A stretch of DNA of 64,000 bases from Nemertoderma westbladi (taxonomy: Eukaryota; Animalia; Xenacoelomorpha): positions 108,327 through 172,326 of the forward strand of contig JAUCBJ010005137.1 of assembly GCA_032718475.1 (NCBI GenBank). The letters run 5' to 3'. This document shows positions 1-12,384 of this stretch, piece by piece. A model generated the notes under the pieces. The model was not told the origin of the DNA, ran no database searches, and saw only the letters and a list, made by a program, of their open reading frames with translations. The translations under genes were made by a program, and so were the position numbers. Within the stretch, counting starts at the first letter, position 1. Each line of letters opens with the position of its first letter.

Positions 1-219
1 CTGATACAGCCATAATACTGTAATAATTGTGGTTTAGCAGTACCGGTACGTCAAGCAGGAAGCAGTCAAGCTAAGATAACCTGTTAACCGCCATCCAGCC
101 ATCAGTTTCCTTTCAGCAAGTACAGCATTACTGCATTACAGCATTAGGCCTAGCTACCGCAACGGTAACGCTAGCTGGCTTAGCAGCTTAGTCGGGTAGT
201 CCTGTAGTCTAATTTAGCG

Positions 220-328
220 ATGGCCAATCAACTATTTATTGGGCGTTTGCCGAAGTTAACTCGAACCCGGGATGTTGAGGACATCTTCAGTCGTTATGGA
301 AAGTTATCAAGGTGCGACATCAAAATGG
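220..328 (+). CDS. SR splicing factor (RRM-ZnK-RS), coding exon 1
   Basis: ATG at 220 reads MANQLFIGRLPKLTRTRDVEDIFSRYGKLSRCDIKM(G), containing the RRM RNP2 motif LFIGRL; ends at donor G|GTAAGT (329), phase 1. Confidence 0.93.
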
Positions 329-1021
329 GTAAGTGAAAGGTACCGCGGTACCGGTACGACAGTACGACTTCACCTGTTCACGTGTGGCTAAGCAGCTAAG
401 TCAAACGAATAGTTCCCAAAAGGCACTTTGGCATTCTGCTGTTCTGGAATTTTCCAGGTAGGCCCCCTACCTAAATAATTGCAACCAGCCTAAATGCTGA
501 GTTCTTTTGGAAGGATGCTTTTGTAGAATGATTCTAACAGTTCCCCAAAGGCAGAAAGGCACTTTCTGACTTTGGCATTCTGGCATTTAGTTGAAATTCA
601 TTATTCGCTGAGATCCGGGTGCCGGGTAATGAATTTTATCCTTTTTTTAAGAAAGGATTTTTAAAGAATCGACTTCAGGACTTTCAGACTTTACTTACGC
701 ACGGCAAGGTGGTCCTGGCTGCATGGTAGGACAGGGGTCGACAGGACTGTCGCGACTGTAGCAGGGCAGGGTATCTGGTAGCCAGACAAGACCTGAAGAC
801 AAGGCAGTCTGGCAGTACAGGGCAGTAGGACTGTGACCTGACTGCCTGAGGTGAGGACACATTATCAAGGTGAAACACAGCCAGAAGCAAGCCTGAGGCA
901 AGGCTGCTGTTTTATGCTTGCTGTTGTTTTATTTTTATTTTTATATATATATATTGTTATTTAGGTAGGTCTAATCTATAATTATTGATATAGGCTATAT
1001 TATATTACTGTATTTTTTTAG

Positions 1022-1074
1022 GTGCTGGAATGGCTTATGGATTTGTTGACTTTGAGGACAGAAGAGATGCAGAG
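1022..1074 (+). CDS. SR splicing factor, coding exon 2
   Basis: Acceptor tattttttag|; the phase-1 join gives GAGMAYGFVDFEDRRDAE (RNP1 and the FEDxRDA motif of SR proteins); donor GAG|GTGAGT at 1075. Confidence 0.93.
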
Positions 1075-1879
1075 GTGAGTCGGATTATTGTTTTTGTTAT
1101 TCTAACTCTAACTAATCTACTGATATTTTGGTAATATCTCTGTACAATAGTAAATCATATCTATGTGGAAAAACACACCGAAACCTACACCTGAAAATTG
1201 GGAACTAATTTTCCATAGTTTTCAATAATGCCGCCATATAATTCTCTGATCTAATATAGTTTTCCATTTTTTAATAACTACGGTAGGTACGTTATAGTCT
1301 AGGAAGAATATAATTTATATTTAGTTCTTGGTACTAAAAGCCGACTATTATATGTACTAAATGTATTACACCAAATTGTATCTCCACACCACCTACAATA
1401 TATTGGGTGAAGTTCAAACTGATGTACCGTACCGTATAATGTAAACAAAGTAACAAGAATTATTTACTTCCTAGGAAATAAAGTAGATCTTTATTTTCAA
1501 TGTGGTTGAAGTTCGAGAGCATAGTGGAGTGGAAATACATAATGTTATATAGCTACATTATGCCGTTCACAGGCAATACGTAATCTTATTTACCCACAAT
1601 GTTGCATTTATTTTTTTAGAAGATTACTTTTTTATTCCATGAAACTGCCGTTGTGAGCGATATATAACCGGCGTTTCAGCAATAAATATTTGACTTTTTC
1701 TTACAAATACGTGGATATTAAGGAAACAAAGGCAACTTTTATTCCTAAAAATGCGAGTTGTTGTTTCCCTTCGTGGCGCAGTTAAAATCCATCCATCTCC
1801 AGGAGAAATTCGGCGCAAATTCATCTGATTACGAGCTAATATTAAACTGTAGGAATAACATGCGTTTATTTCCCTTAAA

Positions 1880-4800
1880 TTATGATTAACATTGTTTATG
1901 TCATTGCTGAGCAGGATGTACAAGCAACAGATCAGGTTATAGTGGACAGTGAATGTGAAGGTAAAGCTAAAGCTAAAGCTAAAGCAGATCTGCCTACTTA
2001 CAAACCATTCCACCCTCCAAGCTTTAAGTGGGGCGCAACTTCTGATGGTCATATTCTTAGTAAGGAAGTGCATCTGATTTACTCTACAGTCTCACATTGG
2101 CGCAAGAACTGTTTCAAGTTACCTTTAGGCAAGGCATGGTAAAGCATTTGTAAGTGAAACAAATAGATAACGGCCTCACCTTTAGAGGGCCTAACATTCA
2201 AGCTAATTGCAATTATGCCACACTTGCTATCACAAAAGCCCCACAGTAAGTCAAAGGCTGTTGAGCATAGCAAGGTGCTGTCTTCAAGGCTCCAGGTATG
2301 GGACTCTGGTGACTTCCACTCCCTTCTTAGAGCTGTGTTAGCTATACAGGAGAAGATTCAAAGGAAACTCCCTGACCGAAAACAGTCGGACACTTCACGA
2401 ATCTTTAGTAAGCAAGTATTTGCTGGAAATATCGCAGCAGCACTTAGTTTCCTAGAAAATTCAAACGTGCCCTTATTAAAAATCCGGGAGTGCGACCAAT
2501 AGGTGTTGGGGAGAGTCTGAAACGGCTGATTGTCAGAATTGTAGTGGGGGCCATTAGGGATGAGATCAAGCAAGCTGCTGGACCATTCCAAACAGCAGCA
2601 GGACATCCTGCTGGAGTAGAATCTGCGATTCATGCACTAACTGAAGACTTTGAGGATGACAGTTAATGTGAAGCTGTCATAATGATAGATGCTACAAATG
2701 CGTTCAACCTCCTGAACAGATCAGTGGCCTTACATAATGTCAGAATTTTGTGTCCATTTTTATCAACATACCTGATAAACACATACCGGAAGAGGATTCG
2801 ACTATTTTGTGGCACAATTGAGTTAGAATCTTCGGAAGGTACAACGCAGGGCAACCCAGCTGCATTTCCCTGGTCTGGTATTTCAGTGACCCCACTGATA
2901 TATCACCATCCAACCAAGGCAAAATCAGTTTGGTATGCCTATGCATAGATGATGCAAATTGTTAGAGCTTCGGGCGTGGTGGAACTATATCTCTCTACAT
3001 GGACCTGCTTAGGGTATCACCCTAAGGCATAAAAGTCTTGGCTTATAGTAAAACCGGGTTTAATGGAAGCAGCAGAGGGGATATTTAAGGAAGTGATGGT
3101 GCAAATTACAGACCAGGGCCAGCGCCTTCTAGGAAGTGTCATAGGAACACAAGTTTTCTCTTCAATGTTTGCTAAGACTAAGATTGCAGGTTGGTGTGAT
3201 CAGATTGAGAAGCTGGCAGAAATTGCTGAAACCGAGCCACATGCTGCCTATGTCGTTTTTACACATGGCCTAAGTTCTAGATAGACATTCTTCCAGCGCT
3301 GCTACAAAGGTGATGAGGGTCTCTTTGATCCACTTGAAGATTCAATCTACAAGAAACTGATCCCATTTATACTGGGTTCCATTTGCGATTCAAGTCTTAG
3401 GGACATACTAGATCGTCCAGTACGCTATGGTGGTTTCGGGATTACAAATCCTTCTTCTTCTGCAGCTCTTCAAATTGACAACGCTTGTGTTGTAACTAAA
3501 CAGCACAAAACATGTATACATAAACAGAGTATGTTCCTTGAACACTCATCTTCAGAGGCTCAGAAAGCCATAACTTTGGTAGTTCGAACCAGAACTATAC
3601 AGCTTTGGAACACCAACGCCATCATCAAGGACTCCTGTGATCCACTAATGGCATGTGCTCTTGACCACGAATCGCGCCCGGGCACTCCATCATGGTTGAC
3701 CGCTCTTCCATTCGAGTGCGAAGGTTTTGCCCTAAACAAATCTGATTTTCGAGATGCAAACGCTCTAAGATACAACCTCCCTATATTTGGCATGCCATCC
3801 TCCTGTGTCTGTTCTGCCTCTTTTACACCCGACCATGCTCTATCTTGCAAGAAAGGCGGCTTTATCGCATTACGCCACAATGAAGTTCGCGATCTGCTGC
3901 CCAATCTCTTGCGTGAGGTGTGTACGGATTAGGGTGGTCCTTATTTTGAAAGGTTGGAATTTATCATCTCTGACCCCCTCAAATGTTTCCATTACGTCAA
4001 AAAATACGACATGCGAAATTTTAAGCATGCACATCAAATATTAGAGGTAGCTCAAACACACTGAAGTTGAGTGCCTGCTCACCGATTGATCGCGCGCGAA
4101 GAATTTAATAGAGTTTGCTGATATGAAGGCTTCTGTTGGTCGTACAGAGTTCATTTTAGGCTTATTTGAACCGCAATCATCGATTTAGTGGGTGTAGATA
4201 CCTTCAAAACAAGAGTTAAGCTAGTAGTTCTTGAGATATCACACAAAAGCTTAAGCCTGGCACAACTCATCAATCGATCATTCAATTGATTACGCCTAGG
4301 GCATATTGAAATATTGGCATTAACATTTTGTAGGTCTACCTCCCTGCATCTTATTTCAGTTAATCTCGATTTTAGCATTGTCTAACCATTCAAAGCTATG
4401 TTTAGTAAAAAAAAATTAATCACAACCCCATGGGAAATGCTTGCACAAGCATCACTAATTTGTGTCTCAGCGCCATTTGGTACGATATCAATAATTGGCC
4501 ACAAAACTTAACTTTTGGTTAATTATATCTAGGAACTGTTAGTTTATTTTGATTTTGACTGATTTTAAGTGCAGAACCCAAAAATCGCATCTGATTTGTA
4601 TTTTAAAATGATATGGTGCATGATATACAACAATACTATACTGTACTTCAAAGCATTTTAAGATAAGGATTGATAGATGCAGAGATATGTGAATCCAGCG
4701 ACCAAAAGAGTTCTAATATATATGGGAAGAAGCTTTGCACATATGTATTATACATAATTAGGCAATGCTGATTCCAAATCTGATTTCAGATTTGCCCTAC

Positions 4801-6920
4801 CACATCAAGTTTTTTCACAATTGCCACTTTGAGTTCAAAAACTTATTGCAAACGACTGTGATGAGTGGCGTAGATTCAAATGAGAATCAAATATGCTCAA
4901 AATCAATCCAAAACATTGAATGGAGCTATGTTTATATGAATTATATATTTTTAAACAATGCTGATTCCAAATCTGCTTTCATAATTGCCATACTGCCATA
5001 GCAAGTTTTTTTTACAATTGCCAATTTAAGTTCAAATTACTTATCGCAAACAATTATTATGAGTGAAAGTTGATTCAATAAGAATAAAATACACCCCCAA
5101 ATCAATCTACAACATATGCTATGGTAAATCTGATAGCAGATTCACCATATAGATTGCATTGTTTAATATATAACTCAAATTAACAAAGCTTTTTTTCATG
5201 TTTTATATTGATTTGGAGCATATTTGATTATTATTGAATCTACTTCACTCATCACAGTTGTTCGCAATAAGTAATTTGAACTCAAATTGGCAATTGTGAA
5301 AAAACTTGATATGCTATGGCAGCATGGCAAATCTGAAAGCAGATTTGGAATCACCATTGTTTAATTATATATAATTCATATGAACAGAGCTCCTTTCAAT
5401 GTTTTAGATTGATTTTGAGCATATTTGATTCTCATTTGAATCTACATCACTCATCATAGTCATTTGCGATAAGTTTTTAGAATTCAAATTGGCAATTGTG
5501 AGAAAACTTGATGGGGTAGGGAAAATCTGAAATCAGATTTGGAATCAGGATTGTCTAATCATGTATAATGCATATGTTCAAAGCTTCTTCCCATATATAT
5601 TAGAACTCTTTTGGTCGCTGGATGCGCTGGTCGCTGTATCTATCAATCCTTTTAATATGCTTTGAAGTACAGTATAGTATTGTTGTATATCATGCACTAT
5701 ATCATTTTAAAATTCAAATCAGATGAGATTTTTGGATTCTGCAACTTAAAAATCAGTCAAAATCAAATTAAACGAACAGTTCCTAGATATGATTAACCAA
5801 AAGTTAAGTTTTGTGGCCAATTATTAATATCGTACCAAATGGCGCTTAGACACAAATTAGTGATGCTTGTGCAAGCATTTCCCATGGGGTTGTGATAAAT
5901 TTTTTTTAACTAAACATAGCTTTGAATGGTTAGACAATGCTAAAATAGAGATTAACTGAAATAAAATGGAGGGAGGAAGACCTACAAAATGTTAATGCCA
6001 ATATTTCAATATGTCCTAGGTGCAATCAATTGAATGATCGATTGATGAGTTGTGCCGGCTAGTGTGTATAAGCTTTTGTGTGATATCTCAAGAACTACTA
6101 GCTTAGCACTTGTTTTGAAGGTATCTACACCCACTAAATCGATGACTGCGGTTCAAATAAGCCTAAAATGAACTCTGTACAACAAATAGAAGCCTTCATA
6201 TCAGCAAACTCCATTATATTCTGCGCGCGCGATCAAATGGTGTCCAAACGCTCAACTTCAGGGTGTTTGAGCTACCTCTAAATATATATCATTTGTGCTC
6301 AAATTTTACTCAAGGTGTTTTTTTTATCAGAAGAAAGGACTTTGGGGGGTCAGAGGAGAATTTCCACAACTTTTAAATTTTACATTGAAATAAGGACCAC
6401 CCTAGTACGGATGTAGCATTGGAGCCAAAACTGCAACCCATAACGGGTGAGGTCCTATTCCCAGGTTCAGCTAACACATCCAGTGAAGCTTGTCTGGATA
6501 TTTCGGTAAGGGGGTTTTGGGTTCGCTTCTCCAAATCTTTTTTCGATGTTCGTGTATTTTACCCGAATGCAACATCATATCTCTCCTCTCCAATAGACTC
6601 TATTCTTAAGAGCCACGAAGATGAGAACTGCAGGTCCTAGAATGATAGAATTATAAATGTCGAGCGTGCCTCCTTTACCCCTTTAGTGTTTTCGACTGGT
6701 GGTGCAGCAGGGCCGGAGTGCAGCCGTTTCATAGACACCTGGCAGGTCTCCTTCGGAGAAGAGAGGCTCCACTTATGCAGCTGTATCGCACTGTCTGCGT
6801 TGCAGGTTTCATTTAGTCTTGTGAGATCAGCAGGCATATGTCTGAGAGGACATAGATCTCTTCAAGCTTCCATCTTCTATTGATGACCCGCGGCTTATTC
6901 CAGATCTGGGCCCCCATCAT
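1880..6920 (+). mobile_element. Degenerate CRE-clade non-LTR retrotransposon (RT + zinc finger + restriction-like endonuclease), interrupted by a DNA transposon at 3930-6404
   Basis: Frameshifted fragments in the expected order: HWRKNCFKLPLGKA; IDATNAFN; EGTTQGNP (QGDP); WYAYA (decayed YADD); LLGSVIG; CVC..DHALSCKKGG..RHNEVRD; then, after the insert, EPKLQP..LDISVRGFW..FFDVRVFYPNA and FTPLVFSTGG. Many stops. Ends approximate. Confidence 0.85.
3930..6404. mobile_element. Non-autonomous hAT-type foldback element, 2475 bp
   Basis: Perfect 17-bp TIR TAGGGTGGTCCTTATTT; exact 8-bp TSD GTACGGAT at 3922-3929 and 6405-6412; interior is an inverted repeat with ~1.2 kb arms centred near 5120-5200; no transposase ORF. 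Confidence 0.93.
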
Positions 6921-8214
6921 AATCTTCACCATTAAAGCCCCCATTCTTTACGTAACTTATCTTTTGTTATTTCTTTTGATATGTTATTGCACGTTCCCAC
7001 ATTCTACCTGTTTACTTTAATCTCGTTATTGGATCCATCACTGTTGCTTCATTTACTTCATTGCGGTATACAGTATTACAGTAGTTGAATTACTTTACAT
7101 TATTTTATACGGTCGTAATAATTATTTGTCTGTTAATTTACTTTTTAAATTAATTAATCGTACTCTATTATTTTATCGTCTCTAATATTATGATTCATTA
7201 TACTAATTACATTGTAGATTAAAAACTAAAAAATTAACATTGTTTATTCACCGAAATGAGAAATCAATTAATTATTCGAATGGGATTTGTGTTTAAACCC
7301 CAAAAATATTTTCCTCAAAATTCATATTTTCTCAAAATAAATACAATACCTGGATATGTTTCATCACATTGAGGTGACATTGTTAATCAAAAAATAAATA
7401 ATGCCCGACGAAAGAGTGAGCCGTACCTTTAGTAGATAAATGGATCACAACGCGATCACGATAACGAAATCTTATTAAAAAAATAACTAGTAAAAATTAA
7501 CATCAGAATTATTTCGAATTACGTCGTATATATATATACCTTCAAATTTTGGTATAATGGAGTGGCTCCGGCAATTATAAAACGGTATTAATATTAGGAA
7601 TCTAGAAAATGAAGGTGGTTCTTATAGAATGATATCTGCATTCCAGTAGTGCAGAGAGCTAAATGTAAACAGACACTATAACATATTATTGTAACGGATT
7701 AAGAAACTTGTAAGATTCATTGTGGCTAACAGTAAATATAAATATAATATAGAAATAGTGCCGAACTATCATAATATCAAATTTCTTAGCATTTGGTTAT
7801 TGGAATACCAAAAAAATAATTTTTGGAAACTATTGGAAGACCAAATAAAAAAAATATATTTTTTTTTGGGGGGGGGGGGGGGGGCTGTGGAGTGGGCTGT
7901 GAGTGGTCAAAAAAGATTTTATATTAGAGGTTAAGGTATAAGTAACGATTTATGATTGAGGTTTTTCTTTCTAACTGTATCGTTTGAATTCTCCTCATCA
8001 GAGCTTCGGATAATTATTCAACCATTGCCGAGATAAATAAACTACCAATGGGCGCCCATGCCCCCTCTACAATGCCGATACAATAGCCTCTACTACTATT
8101 GGAGACAGACAAGCCTAGCCTCGACCTCTCCTATTGGTTATTGAGGTGACCTCATTAGGCCTATCAATGTGTATCTGGTTTTCTGTTTACTGCGAACCAA
8201 TTAATTACTTCAAA

Positions 8215-9078
8215 ACATCATACTTTACGAGAACATATACTTTACGAGAACATATACTTTACGAGAACATATACTTTACGAGAACATATACTTTACGAGA
8301 ACATCATACTTTACGAGAACATCATACTTTACGAGAACATATACTTTACGAGAACATATACTTTACGAGAACATATACTTTACGAGAACATATACTTTAC
8401 GAGAACATATACTTTACGAGAACATATACTTTACGAGAACATATACTTTACGAGAACATATACTTTACGAGAACAAATACTTTACGAGAACATATACTTT
8501 ACGAGAACATATACTTTACGAGAACATATACTTTACGAGAACATATACTTTACGAGAACATATACTTTACGAGAACATATACTTTACGAGAACATATACT
8601 TTACGAGAACATATACTTTACGAGAACATATACTTTACGAGAACATATACTTTACGAGAACATATACTTTACGAGAACATATACTTTACGAGAAGATATA
8701 CTTTACGAGAACATATACTTTACGAGAACATATACTTTACGAGAACATATACTTTACGAGAACATATACTTTACGAGAACATATACTTTACGAGAACATA
8801 TACTTTACGAGAACATATACTTTACGAGAACATATACTTTACGAGAACATATACTTTACGAGAACATATACTTTACGAGAACATATACTTTACGAGAACA
8901 TATACTTTACGAGAACATATACTTTACGAGAACATATACTTTACGAGAACATATACTTTACGAGAACATATACTTTACGAGAACATATACTTTACGAGAA
9001 CATCATACTTTACGAGAACATATACTTTACGAGAACATATACTTTACGAGAACATATACTTTACGAGAACATATACTT
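8215..9078. repeat. 17-bp minisatellite (ACATATACTTTACGAGA)n, about 50 copies
   Basis: Directly visible and almost homogeneous; a few 18-bp variants (CATCATAC) and single substitutions near 8476 and 8696. Confidence 0.98.
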
Positions 9079-9331
9079 GCTTAACAATACATTCAACTTC
9101 AACAATTCATATACATTCTTACAGTGAAACAATACCCCATTTTCTCACGTATTGTAATACATACAGACTGCATACAGATTCAGATACTCTTTGTCACACA
9201 CAACCATGTGTACCGATATTCTACAAAGGTTTGTGGGGAATTGTGAAGGTGGGATAATTATTGTTTTGTTTGGAAACAGTCGAACTACAATGTGTTACTA
9301 ACTAATCCTACTCCACCCGACACCTCCATAT

Positions 9332-9734
9332 TAGTGTTTAAACGGGATCACACTTTTCGGGATTGCAATTTTGAATACAAATATCTTAACGTTTACAGTA
9401 TATATTGCTGTATAAGTATAAAACGGGTTTCTGGCAAAATTATATCACTTTATTTCGCGCAGAAAAATATTAGTATTCAAAGATAAAATTATTATTAAAA
9501 TGTATTTATAGTTGATTACTGGATGGTTTACCCACATCCAGTAAACAGACAATTCAATATAATCAAGATACATTTCTGCTCTGGTGGAATTATTTTTCGG
9601 ATATTCATGAAATTTAGTTCACGATATTTATATGTACTTCGGGATCCCGTTCCAATAAAGTCGGGATCGGGAACGGGATTGCAATTTTCACCGGGATCCC
9701 AACTTTTCGGGATCGGGATCCCGTTTAAACACTA
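9332..9734. mobile_element. hAT-type MITE, 403 bp
   Basis: 18-bp TIR TAGTGTTTAAACGGGATC / GATCCCGTTTAAACACTA; 8-bp TSD CTCCATAT / CACCATAT (1 mismatch); repeated subterminal CGGGAT motifs. Confidence 0.88.
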
Positions 9735-9852
9735 CACCATATTAACAATAAGAACATCCGACAAAATATATTTTACACCTACTGAGATACCGGTACTGTT
9801 TACTTTACTTTCACAGCCCGTTAAACTTTCACAGCCCGTTAATTTCTTATAG

Positions 9853-9936
9853 GATGCCATCCGGTACGAGAATGGAAGACGACTTCACCAACAAGCTATA
9901 GTGGTCGAATGGGCTCGGGGTCCAGGCTCCAAATAT
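9853..9936 (+). CDS. SR splicing factor, coding exon 3
   Basis: Acceptor tttcttatag|; phase 0, reads DAIRYENGRRLHQQAIVVEWARGPGSKY and completes the RRM; donor TAT|GTAAGT at 9937. Confidence 0.92.
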
Positions 9937-10629
9937 GTAAGTGTAAGTTAATCCAAGTTTATATTATACTTTATAACTAACTATTGTTGTTATTTATTAC
10001 GTAGCTTTATAGAGTTAGTTCAAACAGGATAACGAAAATTCGGAATCTCGGCGGAAAATGTAATCAGGACAGGATCAAGGACTAATTGATTACTAACCGT
10101 TAGTAATACAGCTCTTGCACTGATAAAGTACCACTTTACACAGCCTGACCGGGCTGGTTTGTTACACAAACGAACGCATGGAGTGTGTTACGGCATACAT
10201 TTAGTATCAATATTCAATAATTTAATACAGGTGATAGTATTGATAGTTTTAAATGATTTTTGCAATGCTGAATTATTTCGATTGATATTATCGTGTCTGA
10301 CACGTAGCGGTCCGCTTGTGGGAAGGCGTATTATTGATATAAATCAAGTGGTTGAACCCATGATCAGTGGCCCGGGTGATCATGTCGGTTTGTCTGGAGA
10401 GGTCCCTTCCAAGTGGTGCTAGTGAAGGCTGGTCCTTAGAGAATATCCTTCACTTACGAAGTTATCATTTCGCTCTTGCGATCCACGAATGTCATATATT
10501 TCTTTATAGTCAGTATAAAATATCACTGTCAAATACTAACTTTAAGTAATGCTAATGTGTAACCATTTTGGATTAAAATATTATGATAGTAGTAAAATAA
10601 TCAAAAAAATTAATATAATAAGTACATTC

Positions 10630-12384
10630 ACTTTACTGATGCATCCCCCAAGTCAACGCTCCACTGCAATAACTGCAGATGCATCCCAGACAGCAGTTGG
10701 CGCAGTTCTAGAGCAATTTGTTAATAATGCTTGGATACCTTTAGCATATTTTAGCAAACATTTGCGCCCAGCAGAACAAAAATATAGCACTTTTGATCGT
10801 GAGCTACTTGCACTACATCTTACCATTAGACAGTTTCGATATTTCTTGAAGGTAGACACTTTATCGCCGTCACAGATCACAAACCATTATTCGGTGCTAT
10901 GTCAAAATCGTCAGAACCATCGTCTCCCTGTCAGCAACGTCATCTGTCGTATCTATCGGAATTTACGACAGACATTCTCTATGTTGCAGGTAATGACAAT
11001 GTGATAGCAGACACCCTGTCCCGTCCACCAAGTAATGCTATTAACATTAATAATCAGCTATCAGTCATCACCTCTCTGGGTATTGATTATCAACAATTAG
11101 CTACAGACCAAAAATCTGATCTAGACGTAAAAACTTACTGCACGGCTATCACTGGTTTTAATGTCCAGGATATACCTTTAAACAATGATCCACACACTGC
11201 ATTCTTATGTGACATTTCTATGGGTTGTCCAAGACCAATTGTTCCTGAAACTTGGCGGCGACGAGTTTTTCAACTTTTACATGAACTCTCACATCCATCG
11301 ATACGTGTCACTAAAAAACTTATATCAAATAGATTTATAGGGAGATGATAATAATCAATAAAGATGTTACCAATTGGGCGAAAACTTGCATTGCCTGCCA
11401 ATCATCGAAAATTTATCGCCCGGTATTGTGTCTTCTCCTAAAGAACACATCGATATTCCAATTCGTCGTTTTGAGTACATTAATGTAGACCTCGTTGGTC
11501 CTTTACTGATCTCTCAGGGTTGTTCATACATTGTCACTTTAATTGATCGTACCACACGATGGCTGGAAGCCATACCATTAGCTGATAGTGAAGCCGAAAC
11601 CTGTGCTTGGCCATTGATCACACACTGGATTTCACGTTTTGGAATCCCAACACATATTACTTCAGACAGTGGCCGACAATTTGTATCAGAATTGTGGAGG
11701 TGCTTGGCGAGGTCTCTCGGAATCCAACTTCACAATACTACGGCCTACCACCCACAATCAAACTGTATGGTCGAACGTTTTCATTGATCCCTTTGAAAAC
11801 CCATCCGGTCCCAATTGGGTCAATGAACTTTCCTGGGTTCTTCTGGGGCACCGTAGTGCACCACGCGAAGACATCAACTGTAGTATTGCTGAACTCGTTT
11901 ACAGCCAGCCACTTCTGTTACCTGGTTGCTTTGTGCAAGATCAACCAACCGAACAAGTGCCTTCACCAACTCTCATCAAAGCGAAAATTGATAGACTTTT
12001 ACCAAACTCGAGTTTCCACCATAATATGGCTTCATCCTTCATACTATGTCTTCAGATGGCCCGCCAAACACGCACCTAGTATATACAGAGCTCTCTTCAG
12101 TCATGTGAATACGTTTTCATACGCAGTGATTCACACCGTGCACCGCTTCAAAAGGCCTTATGAACCATTCAAAGTTTTGAATCGACAACGAAAATTTTTC
12201 AACATACAAGTGGGCTCGGAGAATCAATCCATTTCTGTGAATCGTCTTAAACCTGCCCATATGGACGCATTGAAAGCAGTGACTGTTTTTATGCCTCCAC
12301 GCCGAGGACGACCACCTAAGATGAAATCTGAAACTATTAAACGATCTACTGGAGGTTCTGGGGGGAGCAGTGTAGTGGTTCAGT
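10630..12384 (+). mobile_element. Ty3/Gypsy LTR retrotransposon remnant (RNase H, integrase, PPT, first bases of 3' LTR)
   Basis: ADASQTAVGAVLEQ..PLAYFSK..YSTFDRELLA (RNase H); LHELSHP (integrase zinc finger); VDLVGPL..ITSDSGRQF..YHPQSNCMVERFH (DDE core); RPYEPFKV (GPY/F-like); PPT GGGGGGAGCAG followed by TGTAG at 12371. Frameshifted; RNase H-before-integrase order fits Gypsy. Confidence 0.92.

Noticed and set aside
684-901. Two 68-aa minus-strand ORFs
   Set aside because: They lie in low-complexity micro-duplicated intron 1 sequence and show no recognisable motif.
7970-8010. Minus-strand hammerhead ribozyme core (CTGATGAG...AAAC)
   Set aside because: GAAA is replaced by CAAA and stem I has only ~2 bp; at most a decayed remnant.
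8134-9084. 316-aa ORF
   Set aside because: Read-through of the stop-free 17-bp minisatellite from a non-ATG start.
10300-10440. GC-richer island in intron 3 as a poison exon or second zinc-knuckle exon
   Set aside because: Weak acceptor, no convincing donor and no CCHC pattern; cannot be supported without RNA data.
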